The notes under the pieces were generated by a model. The model saw nothing but the letters and a program-made list of their open reading frames with translations. It searched no databases and was not told the origin of the DNA. From Macrostomum hystrix (lineage: Eukaryota; Animalia; Platyhelminthes): a stretch of DNA of 64,000 nucleotides. The stretch is from assembly GCA_950097015.1 (NCBI GenBank), contig CATNEN010000005.1, positions 2,852,001 to 2,916,000 on the forward strand, read 5' to 3'. Below, one piece after another: positions 1 to 8,997 of the stretch; the stretch's first letter is position 1, and each line of letters opens with the position of its first letter. A program made the translations under genes and the position numbers.

Positions 1-2640
1 CGATTGATAACTGAACTTTTGATTGCTGAAGTTCGATTGATAGCTGAACTTTTGACTGCTGAAGTTTGATTGATAACTGAACTTTTGACTGCTGAAGTTC
101 GATTGATAGCTGAACTTTTGATTGCTGAAGTTCGATTGATAGCTGAACTTTTGACTGCTGAAGTTTGATTGATAACTGAACTTTTGACTGCTGAAGTTCG
201 ATTGATAGCTGAACTTTTGATTGCTGAAGTTCGATTGATAACTGAACTTTTGATTGCTGAAGTTTGATTGATAACTGAACTTTTGATTGCTGAAGTTTGA
301 TTGATAACTGAACTTTTGATTGCTGAAGTTCGATTGATAGCTGAACTTTTGACTGCTGAAGTTTGATTGATAACTGAACTTTTGACTGCTGAAGTTCGAT
401 TGATAACTGAACTTTTGATTGCTGAAGTTCGATTGATAGCTGAACTTTTGACTGCTGAAGTTTGATTGATAACTGAACTTTTGATTGCTGAAGTTCGATT
501 GATAACTGAACTTTTGATTGCTGAAGTTCGATTGATAGCTGAACTTTTGACTGCTGAAGTTCGATTGATAACTGAACTTTTGACTGCTGAAGTTTGATTG
601 ATAACTGAACTTTTGACTGCTGAAGTTTGATTGATAACTGAACTTTTGATTGCTGAAGTTCGATTGATAACTGAACTTTTGATTGCTGAAGTTCGATTGA
701 TAGCTGAACTTTTGACTGCTGAAGTTTGATTGATAACTGAACTTTTGATTGCTGAAGTTCGATTGATAGCTGAACTTTTGACTGCTGAAGTTTGATTGAT
801 AACTGAACTTTTGATTGCTGAAGTTCGATTGATAACTGAACTTTTGATTGCTGAAGTTCGATTGATAACTGAACTTTTGATTGCTGAAGTTCGATTGATA
901 ACTGAACTTTTGATTGCTGAAGTTCGATTGATAGCTGAACTTTTGACTGCTGAAGTTCGATTGATAACTGAACTTTTGATTGCTGAAGTTCGATTGATAA
1001 CTGAACTTTTGATTGCTGAAGTTCGATTGATAACTGAACTTTTGATTGCTGAAGTTCGATTGATAGCTGAACTTTTGACTGCTGAAGTTTGATTGATAAC
1101 TGAACTTTTGACTGCTGAAGTTCGATTGATAGCTGAACTTTTGATTGCTGAAGTTCGATTGATAGCTGAACTTTTGACTGCTGAAGTTTGATTGATAACT
1201 GAACTTTTGACTGCTGAAGTTCGATTGATAGCTGAACTTTTGATTGCTGAAGTTCGATTGATAACTGAACTTTTGATTGCTGAAGTTTGATTGATAACTG
1301 AACTTTTGATTGCTGAAGTTTGATTGATAACTGAACTTTTGATTGCTGAAGTTCGATTGATAGCTGAACTTTTGATTGCTGAAGTTTGAATGATAGCTGA
1401 ACTTTTGATTGCTGAAGTTCGATTGATAACTGAACTTTTGATTGCTGAAGTTCGATTGATAACTGAACTTTTGACTGCTGAAGTTATATTGATAGCTGAA
1501 CTTTTGATTGCTGAAGTTCTATTGATAGCTGAACTTTTGACTGCTGAAGTTCGATTGATAACTGAACTTTTGACTGCTGAAGTTTGATTGATAACTGAAC
1601 TTTTGACTGCTGAAGTTTGATTGATAACTGAACTTTTGACTGCTGAAGTTCGATTGATAGCTGAACTTTTGACTGCTGAAGTTTGATTGATAACTTTGAA
1701 CTTTTGATTGCTGAAGTTTGATTGATAACTGAACTTTTGACTGCTGAAGTTTGATTGATAACTGAACTTTTGACTGCTGAAGTTTGATTGATAACTGAAC
1801 TTTTGATTGCTGAAGTTTGATTGATAACTGAACTTTTGACTGCTGAAGTTTGATTGATAACTGAACTTTTGACTGCTGAAGTTTGATTGATAACTGAACT
1901 TTTGATTGCTGAAGTTCGATTGATAGCTGAACTTTTGACTGCTGAAGTTCGATTGATAACTGAACTTTTGATTGCTGAAGTTCGATTGATAGCTGAACTT
2001 TTGATTGCTGAAGTTCGATTGATAACTGAACTTTTGATTGCTGAAGTTCGATTGATAACTGAACTTTTGATTGCTGAAGTTCGATTGATAACTGAACTTT
2101 TGATTGCTGAAGTTCGATTGATAACTGAACTTTTGATTGCTGAAGTTCGATTGATAGCTGAACTTTTGACTGCTGAAGTTTGATTGATAACTGAACTTTT
2201 GATTGCTGAAGTTCGATTGATAACTGAACTTTTGATTGCTGAAGTTCGATTGATAACTGAACTTTTGATTGCTGAAGTTCGATTGATAGCTGAACTTTTG
2301 ACTGCTGAAGTTTGATTGATAACTGAACTTTTGATTGCTGAAGTTCGATTGATAGCTAAACTTTTGATTGCTGAAGTTCGATTGATAACTGGACTTTTGA
2401 CTGCTGAAGTTTGATTGATAACTGAACTTTTGATTGCTGAAGTTCGATTGATAACTGAACTTTTGATTGCTGAAGTTCGATTGATAACTGAACTTTTGAC
2501 TGCTGAAGTTCGATTGATAACTGAACTTTTGATTGCTGAAGTTCGATTGATAACTGAACTTTTGACTGCTGAAGTTCGATTGATAACTTTGAACTTTGAA
2601 CTTTTTGAACTTTAAACTTTGATTTCTGAAGTTTGATTGA
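1..2640. repeat. 33-bp tandem repeat array, truncated by the window start
   Basis: Unit GATTGATAACTGAACTTTTGATTGCTGAAGTTC with recurrent variants; a 2-nt insertion near 1695 shifts the phase. Explains the ITELLIAEVRL ORFs. Confidence 0.97.
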
Positions 2641-3930
2641 TTGCTAGGAAGTTTGACAGCTGTGATTTGATTTCTGAAGCTCGAAATCCAAATTTAGACT
2701 GCGTACAGCTTGTTCAGTCCATGGACTGTGTCCCGCCGCAGTCAGTCAGCCAAATTTTATATAACAAAGCTGGCCGTGTAATTTGTGAAAACGAGACACT
2801 GTAAATTATTTTTTTCTTTTAGAAATACGTCAATTGTAATAGTACATTACTGTTTTTATTGGATAAAATTATATTTCTGTGGGCTAAAAAGCAAAAATTG
2901 CAGAGATGAAAGCCATTTTGTATAGTCATATTATGGCCTCTTCGCGTAATTTAAATAATCGTTGCACATTATTGATCCATCCACTCTCACGCTGATCATT
3001 ATATAGTCCATTATTATCATTGGCATCATTTTTTCCATTGTATATTATATATAGTATACTTCACGCCAACACGTATAGAGATGTTTGAACTGCTAAACTA
3101 AACCGATACATGTGATACTGGATACTGGATACTGGATCCCGTTTTATATTCCATCAATGTGTATATAATGCAGCAAAAAGCCAGAGCGTGGTTTTAAACT
3201 GACGTTGATTCGTTCGATTGTACAAATGCTTTAGCGCTTTAACCAAAAGTTTTAGCATTTAATTGTTGTACTTTTTTTTAAATTAATTCATACTCGTATA
3301 TGTAGCTGGATAATAAACAGGCTCTTTATAAAATGCACTATTAATAGCTGTTAATATTATATCGAGCTACCGTTTTTCTCAATACAAGTACATTATCATC
3401 ATAAAAATTTCCTTAATTTTCTACTAATTTTATTCGTTTTTTGGTTAAATACAACGGAATTTATATGTATGCGTTTGTTTATCTCTCGATCCCTATTTTA
3501 CATACTGAGATTTGCATTTATGTATCTGATTTTAGTAGGCATCTACCCAAACTGTTAGCTCTTTAGTTGAAACTGTACTTAGATTGTACTACGCAAACAC
3601 AATTGGGATATAGCTGCAAATAAATATAACTGCGTATTCAGCTAGCTGAGTGTAATAAACGCAGCTGGGCAACTAAACTAGAAAAGATCGCTTTAAAAAA
3701 TCGTAATGCCTTTGCATATTATATATATATACTATATGCTACGAGTACCCAATATTTATTATCATTGTTCCTTCCTGAATTGTGACTTAATTTATCTATA
3801 GCAGTGTGAATCGATCATGTAGCGAGAGCAGATATTATAAGTATACTCAGCCTTGTTGTCCTTGTGAGTGAGTTATTTTATTTTATTTATTTATTTATTT
3901 CATTTATTATTTTATTATTTTCATTTTTTC

Positions 3931-4263
3931 TGTTGTGGGTTTCGTTACGATAATTCCGTAAATAGTTTTCCAGAACTTTCTACCACTTGTTATAACACTC
4001 TGTTGTTTCCAGAATCTTCTCTGCGCCTCCCCCGCGGGCTATCTATGAGAACTTTCTAGAAAGTTCTCCCACTCGCTCCCCAGGCTATAAATAGAAACCC
4101 CCGCGCGGTGCACACACTCAAGAACCTTTCCAGTATTTAATAATACTGCTGTTACAAATATACGCTTATCCAGTCGACTGCCGAGTGCTCCTTTCGGCGC
4201 TATACTTACATTTACCGACACTACAATTGGAATCTCTGTATTCGTTACTTCAAGAATACAACA
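3931..4263 (+). repeat. 5' LTR (333 bp)
   Basis: Direct repeat of 8664-8997; by eye it differs only at CTCAAGAACC versus CTCAAAAAACC. Confidence 0.96.
3967..4093 (+). promoter_or_regulatory. LTR promoter: three heat-shock elements plus TATA box
   Basis: Inverted nGAAn pentamers at 3967-3981 (tTTCc aGAAc tTTCt), 4006-4020 (tTTCc aGAAt cTTCt) and 4048-4067 (aGAAc tTTCt aGAAa gTTCt); TATAAATA at 4086-4093. Confidence 0.8.
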
Positions 4264-4362
4264 GGGATTTTCTGGCGTCGCAAGCAGGATCTTGATCAAC
4301 TTCGAGGACGTCTAATCTACAACGACTGTCACTATTGACCGAAGGATCAAGCTACTACAATC

Positions 4363-7300
4363 ATGCCCGAAACGATGCAAGACGAGGATATAATCAGCCT
4401 CCTACGGCAGCAGATGGAAGAAGAGCGCCAACAGCGGAACGCTGACCGGCAGATGATGCTCGACCTCATTCGGTCTCTAAAGCCTGCAGCGGACCAGTCC
4501 CAGGCTGCAGCTTTGCCGACGCATGTGACGACGTCGACTCCGAGTTTCTCGCCATTCGACGCCACGTCCGAGCTCTGGCCCGACTACTTGGCCAGATTCT
4601 GCACCTTCACGGGCGCGAACTCCATACCCGACGACAAGAAGGCTCAGGTGTTCCTGACGAACCAGTCTCCGTCTGTCTACAAGCTTCTCTCAAACTTGGC
4701 AGCGCAGCAGACGCCGCGGAAGGAGATCAACACGCTCACTATGGACGAGATTGAGAAGTTCATGGAAGAACAGTATGACACCAAGCGCTTCATCGTGCGG
4801 GAGCGTTTCCGGTTCTGGAGCGACATGCGGCGGAAACCGGGTGAGACGATCCAGGAACTGGCTGCGAGAATCCGCCAGGACGCAACCACCTGCGATTTCT
4901 CTTCCATCAAAGATCCACTGGACGAGGCGCTGCGCACGCGTTTCATCTGCTCAGTGAGGAACGAAGCAGTACACAAAGCTTTGTTCAAATTAAAGGTGGA
5001 AGAGCTCACGTTCGCCCGGGCTGTCGAGATCGCCATCGAGACAGAGGAAGCCGCCCGAGTCGCCAAGGAGACGGTTTACGGCGACAAATCCAGCCCCGTT
5101 AACAAGGTTAAGCAGAAGGTTCGGCGACCCGGAGCCACTTCGGCGAAATTTACGACAGATTCTACTGCTTCCAGGTCTACTACTGACTCTGCGTCTGGTT
5201 CGTGCTACCGCTGCGGAGCGAAGAACCATCGGGCAAACGATTGCCGATTCAAAGACGCGACCTGCCGGCACTGCAAAAAGGTGGGTCACCTAGAACCCGT
5301 CTGCCGTTCCAACGCCAAAGGATCTGCCCCTGCGGCGAACTTCAAGAAGCCAGTGAAACAGGTCGAGGAGCATGTGCTTGTACGTGCTGTAGCCCAAACC
5401 GAGGACGACCTGCCTAAGCTGGAAGTGTCGATCCACATCCAAGGCAAGGCTCTCGCCATCGAGGTCGACACTGCGACAAACGGCAACTTCATCACAGAGT
5501 CATTCTGGAAGAAGCTGGGGACGCCGCCGCTCGAAGTAGCGATGTCACGCTACGAGTCCGCCAGCCGACACGACTTACCTGTACTAGGTACCTTCGTCGG
5601 GAAAACGACATTGCCTGGCTCAGCTCCTGAGCACGACATCCAGTACATCGTCACACAGGTGCCCGGCTTGAATCTACTCGGCCGGACCGCCACGAAGCTG
5701 TTGGGAATCTCCGTCGACAAACTGCTCGGCGCTGCCAGCGCCATTCAAGAAGTCAACGCAGTGTTTGACCACCTGCCGCCGGACGAGGCTCTTCAAAAGG
5801 CCTGCCGAAATCTTTGCGACGAATTCCCGGACCTGTGGAAGGACGAGCTGGGTTGCCTCAAGGACTTCAAGCTCGAGTTGCAGTTTAACCCGGATGCAAA
5901 GCCGGTGTTCCGGAAGGCTAGGCCTGTCCCCTTCGCCATCCGCGAGGAGCTCGAGCGCGCCTACGACGAGGGCATCAGGAGAGGCATCTGGGAGCCTACT
6001 GACTTCAATGACTACGGGACGCCCGTGGTCCCCGTGCGAAAGCCCTCGACCGGCTCAGAGCAGCCGAAACTGCGAGTCTGCGGAGACTACTCGTGCACTA
6101 TCAACCCGCAGCTGGAAGACAACCGTCACCCGCTGCCCCTCCCAGAGGAACTGCTACAGAAGCTGGGAGGCAGCTACTGCTTCTCAAAGGTAGATCTGGC
6201 CGACGCCTACAACCAGATCGAGTTGGGACCGATGAGTCAGAGGCGCCTGGCACTGAGCACCCACCGGGGTGTGCTTCTTCAGAAGCGGCTCGCTTTCGGC
6301 CCGAAGTCTGCAGTGGGTGAGTTCCAGTTCATCATGGAAATGGTAGCCGGTGATCTGCCCGGAGTCGTTTTCTACTTGGACGACTACCTGGTCGGCGGCG
6401 CGACCGCTGATGAGCATCTCGCAAACCTACGCCGGTTTTTCCAACGCCTTTCTGACAAGGGACTTCGCTGCCGACGGGAGAAGTGCAAATTCGCCATGCC
6501 CAGCATCGAGTACCTTGGCTATGTACTGTCGAAAGAAGGCATCGCCAAGGGAACCAAGGTGGACGCTGTCCGCGAAATGCCTCCACCAAAGGACGTGTCC
6601 AGCCTCCGGTCATTCCTCGGCTCGGTCCAGTTCTACGCAAAGTTTCTGCCGCCAAGCATGGCCACGATCTCTGAGCCGCTGTACCGACTCACCAGGAAGG
6701 ACGCACCATGGACATGGGGCGACGCGGAGCAGCGGGCCTTCGAACAGATCAAGGAGGAGCTCTCGTCGGACAACGTGCTGGTCCACTACAATGCCGACCT
6801 CCCTCTCGGGCTCTCCTGCGACGCATCCAACGTCGGGATCGGCGCCGTCCTGTTCCACCGCTACCCGGATGGTAGCGAGCGGCCGATCGCCAACGCTTCA
6901 AAGTCTCTGACGGATGCTCAGCGCCGCTATCCTCAGATTCAGAAGGAAGCCCTTTCAATCATCTTCGGCCTAAAGAAGTTTTTCCAATACTTGTTCAACC
7001 GCAAGTTCATCCTGGTCACGGACCATAAGCCGTTGATTTCTCTATTCGGGCCCGAGAAGGAGACACCAGTAATGGCGGCAAACCGGCTGGCACGGTGGGC
7101 TAACCTGCTCCACAACTTCACCTACGAAGTCGAGTACCGCCAGACCAAGAGTCACGGAAACGCGGATGCCCTGAGTCGCCTGCCAATGGGAGACGACCCA
7201 GATTTCGACGGGGAGGAGAGCGCAGCCGACTTCGACACGGTCTGCGCGATCAAGGTCCTAAGCTTGCAAATCCAGCCGGCTGACGCCTCAGCCGTGGCCA

Positions 7301-8625
7301 AAGAATCATCGAGGGACCCGGTGATCTCCACCGTCATGCGCTACTGTCGAGAAGGATGGCCACCAGACAGGCGAGACGAAGACGCCGAGGTGGCCCGCTT
7401 ACGGAAGGTCAAAGATTCGCTCTCCTGCTGCAACGGATGTCTTCTGCATGGCTGTCGTCTTGTGATTCCTCGGAACCTCCGGAATGAGGTGCTGAAAATC
7501 CTCCACCTCGGACACTTTGGAATACAGAGGATGAAGCAGCTGGCTCGATCGGCAGTCTACTGGCCGAACATCGACGACGACGTCGAGCACCTGTGCCACG
7601 GCTGCCACAGCTGTGCTGAGCACCAAAATCATCCGCCAAAGGCCGCCGTTCATCCGTGGATGATGCCTGAGAAGCCTTGGAGTCGCCTACATCTGGATCA
7701 CGCAGTCAACTTCCTCGGCACCAACTGGCTAGTGCTCACGGACGCCTACTCGAAGTACCCGTGCATACACCCGACGCAATCCATGTCAACGCGGGCAACG
7801 ATCGAGCTTCTGGAAGAAGACTTTGCCCACTTCGGCTACCCTCACGCCATCGTCACTGACAATGCAGCGGCATTCATGGCTGAGGAGTTTCAAGCTTGGT
7901 GTCGCGAACACGGCATCGCGCACCTCACAGGAGCTCCGTATCATCCTGCAACAAACGGAGCGGCCGAACGACTGGTTCAGACCTTCAAGAAGGCCCTGAA
8001 GAAATCCAGCCTGCCACCTGCCAGGGCGCTACAGCAGTTCCTGATGCAGTACCGACGGACTCCTGCGGTCAACGGCTACTCTCCGAGCGAACTCCTAAAT
8101 GGCCGGCAGATCAGGACGCAGATTGATACTCTGCTGCCATCTCCAGCCCATCTCGCCCAGGATCGCCAAGTCAAGCAGGCCGAAGAGTCCAGAGCTCGGA
8201 AAAAGGTGTCTCGCGTCCGAGAAGGCTACAACGTCGGAGATCCGGTCTACGCTCGCTACTACGGACCACGCCGCGAGAAGGAAGGCCGCTGGGTTCCGGC
8301 AGTGGTCACCAAGCGGCACGGCAGCCGCAGCGTCAAAGTCAAGGTTGTCCCAAGCGGCCCGGTGTGGCGACGGCACTTCGACCAGCTTCAACCGCGACAC
8401 GTGTCCGCGGAAGACAGCGAGCCAGGATCACTGCCGACTCAACAAAACGAAACGGCCGGCCACCTGATGCTGCCGGCCACACCAGCGGTGGCACATCCAG
8501 GATCTCGACCCAGGCCTCCAGGATGGCGAGCGCCGGACCAAGTCCAACACCCGCCGCCCTACGGACCAGATAATCCACGACGGTCGGCTAGGCAGCGAAA
8601 GCCACGGCTACAAATGGACTTATAG
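4363..8625 (+). CDS. Gag-Pol polyprotein, 1420 aa (Gag with two CCHC knuckles, aspartic protease, RT, RNase H, integrase)
   Basis: CYRCGAKNHRANDC and CRHCKKVGHLEPVC knuckles; protease EVDTA; RT FSKVDLADAYNQ and YLDD; RNase H CDASNVGIGAVL; integrase HLGH..CHSC zinc finger and DDE core (HLDHA, TDNA, NGAAERLV). Confidence 0.97.
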   Translation: MPETMQDEDIISLLRQQMEEERQQRNADRQMMLDLIRSLKPAADQSQAAALPTHVTTSTPSFSPFDATSELWPDYLARFCTFTGANSIPDDKKAQVFLTNQSPSVYKLLSNLAAQQTPRKEINTLTMDEIEKFMEEQYDTKRFIVRERFRFWSDMRRKPGETIQELAARIRQDATTCDFSSIKDPLDEALRTRFICSVRNEAVHKALFKLKVEELTFARAVEIAIETEEAARVAKETVYGDKSSPVNKVKQKVRRPGATSAKFTTDSTASRSTTDSASGSCYRCGAKNHRANDCRFKDATCRHCKKVGHLEPVCRSNAKGSAPAANFKKPVKQVEEHVLVRAVAQTEDDLPKLEVSIHIQGKALAIEVDTATNGNFITESFWKKLGTPPLEVAMSRYESASRHDLPVLGTFVGKTTLPGSAPEHDIQYIVTQVPGLNLLGRTATKLLGISVDKLLGAASAIQEVNAVFDHLPPDEALQKACRNLCDEFPDLWKDELGCLKDFKLELQFNPDAKPVFRKARPVPFAIREELERAYDEGIRRGIWEPTDFNDYGTPVVPVRKPSTGSEQPKLRVCGDYSCTINPQLEDNRHPLPLPEELLQKLGGSYCFSKVDLADAYNQIELGPMSQRRLALSTHRGVLLQKRLAFGPKSAVGEFQFIMEMVAGDLPGVVFYLDDYLVGGATADEHLANLRRFFQRLSDKGLRCRREKCKFAMPSIEYLGYVLSKEGIAKGTKVDAVREMPPPKDVSSLRSFLGSVQFYAKFLPPSMATISEPLYRLTRKDAPWTWGDAEQRAFEQIKEELSSDNVLVHYNADLPLGLSCDASNVGIGAVLFHRYPDGSERPIANASKSLTDAQRRYPQIQKEALSIIFGLKKFFQYLFNRKFILVTDHKPLISLFGPEKETPVMAANRLARWANLLHNFTYEVEYRQTKSHGNADALSRLPMGDDPDFDGEESAADFDTVCAIKVLSLQIQPADASAVAKESSRDPVISTVMRYCREGWPPDRRDEDAEVARLRKVKDSLSCCNGCLLHGCRLVIPRNLRNEVLKILHLGHFGIQRMKQLARSAVYWPNIDDDVEHLCHGCHSCAEHQNHPPKAAVHPWMMPEKPWSRLHLDHAVNFLGTNWLVLTDAYSKYPCIHPTQSMSTRATIELLEEDFAHFGYPHAIVTDNAAAFMAEEFQAWCREHGIAHLTGAPYHPATNGAAERLVQTFKKALKKSSLPPARALQQFLMQYRRTPAVNGYSPSELLNGRQIRTQIDTLLPSPAHLAQDRQVKQAEESRARKKVSRVREGYNVGDPVYARYYGPRREKEGRWVPAVVTKRHGSRSVKVKVVPSGPVWRRHFDQLQPRHVSAEDSEPGSLPTQQNETAGHLMLPATPAVAHPGSRPRPPGWRAPDQVQHPPPYGPDNPRRSARQRKPRLQMDL

Positions 8626-8663
8626 ACTTTCTATCAGCTGTACTCACAGTTTTGGTGGGGAGG

Positions 8664-8997
8664 TGTTGTGGGTTTCGTTACGATAATTCCGTAAATAGTT
8701 TTCCAGAACTTTCTACCACTTGTTATAACACTCTGTTGTTTCCAGAATCTTCTCTGCGCCTCCCCCGCGGGCTATCTATGAGAACTTTCTAGAAAGTTCT
8801 CCCACTCGCTCCCCAGGCTATAAATAGAAACCCCCGCGCGGTGCACACACTCAAAAAACCTTTCCAGTATTTAATAATACTGCTGTTACAAATATACGCT
8901 TATCCAGTCGACTGCCGAGTGCTCCTTTCGGCGCTATACTTACATTTACCGACACTACAATTGGAATCTCTGTATTCGTTACTTCAAGAATACAACA
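8664..8997 (+). repeat. 3' LTR (334 bp)
   Basis: Direct repeat of 3931-4263, preceded by the PPT and followed by the TSD. Confidence 0.96.
8700..8826 (+). promoter_or_regulatory. 3' LTR copy of the HSE cluster and TATA box
   Basis: Same motifs at 8700-8714, 8739-8753 and 8781-8800; TATAAATA at 8819-8826. Confidence 0.78.

Larger units (their letters stand above)
3931..8997 (+). mobile_element. Full-length Ty3/Gypsy LTR retrotransposon (Mag-like), recently inserted
   Basis: LTRs 3931-4263 and 8664-8997 bounded by TGTTGT...ACAACA; 5-bp target-site duplication TTTTC (3926-3930, 8998-9002); PBS-like TGGCGTCGCAAGCAGGA at 4273; polypurine tract TGGTGGGGAGG at 8653-8663; uninterrupted gag-pol ORF in PR-RT-RH-IN order. 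Confidence 0.97.

Noticed and set aside
796-2615. ITELLIAEVRL ORFs and the stop-free NFSNQKFSYQS minus frame
   Set aside because: Products of the 33-bp repeat; frequent TGA variants on the plus strand, a 2-nt phase shift near 1695 and no proper start.
4039-8578. Many short ORFs overlapping gag-pol on both strands
   Set aside because: Shadow ORFs of a GC-rich coding sequence, with no independent motifs.
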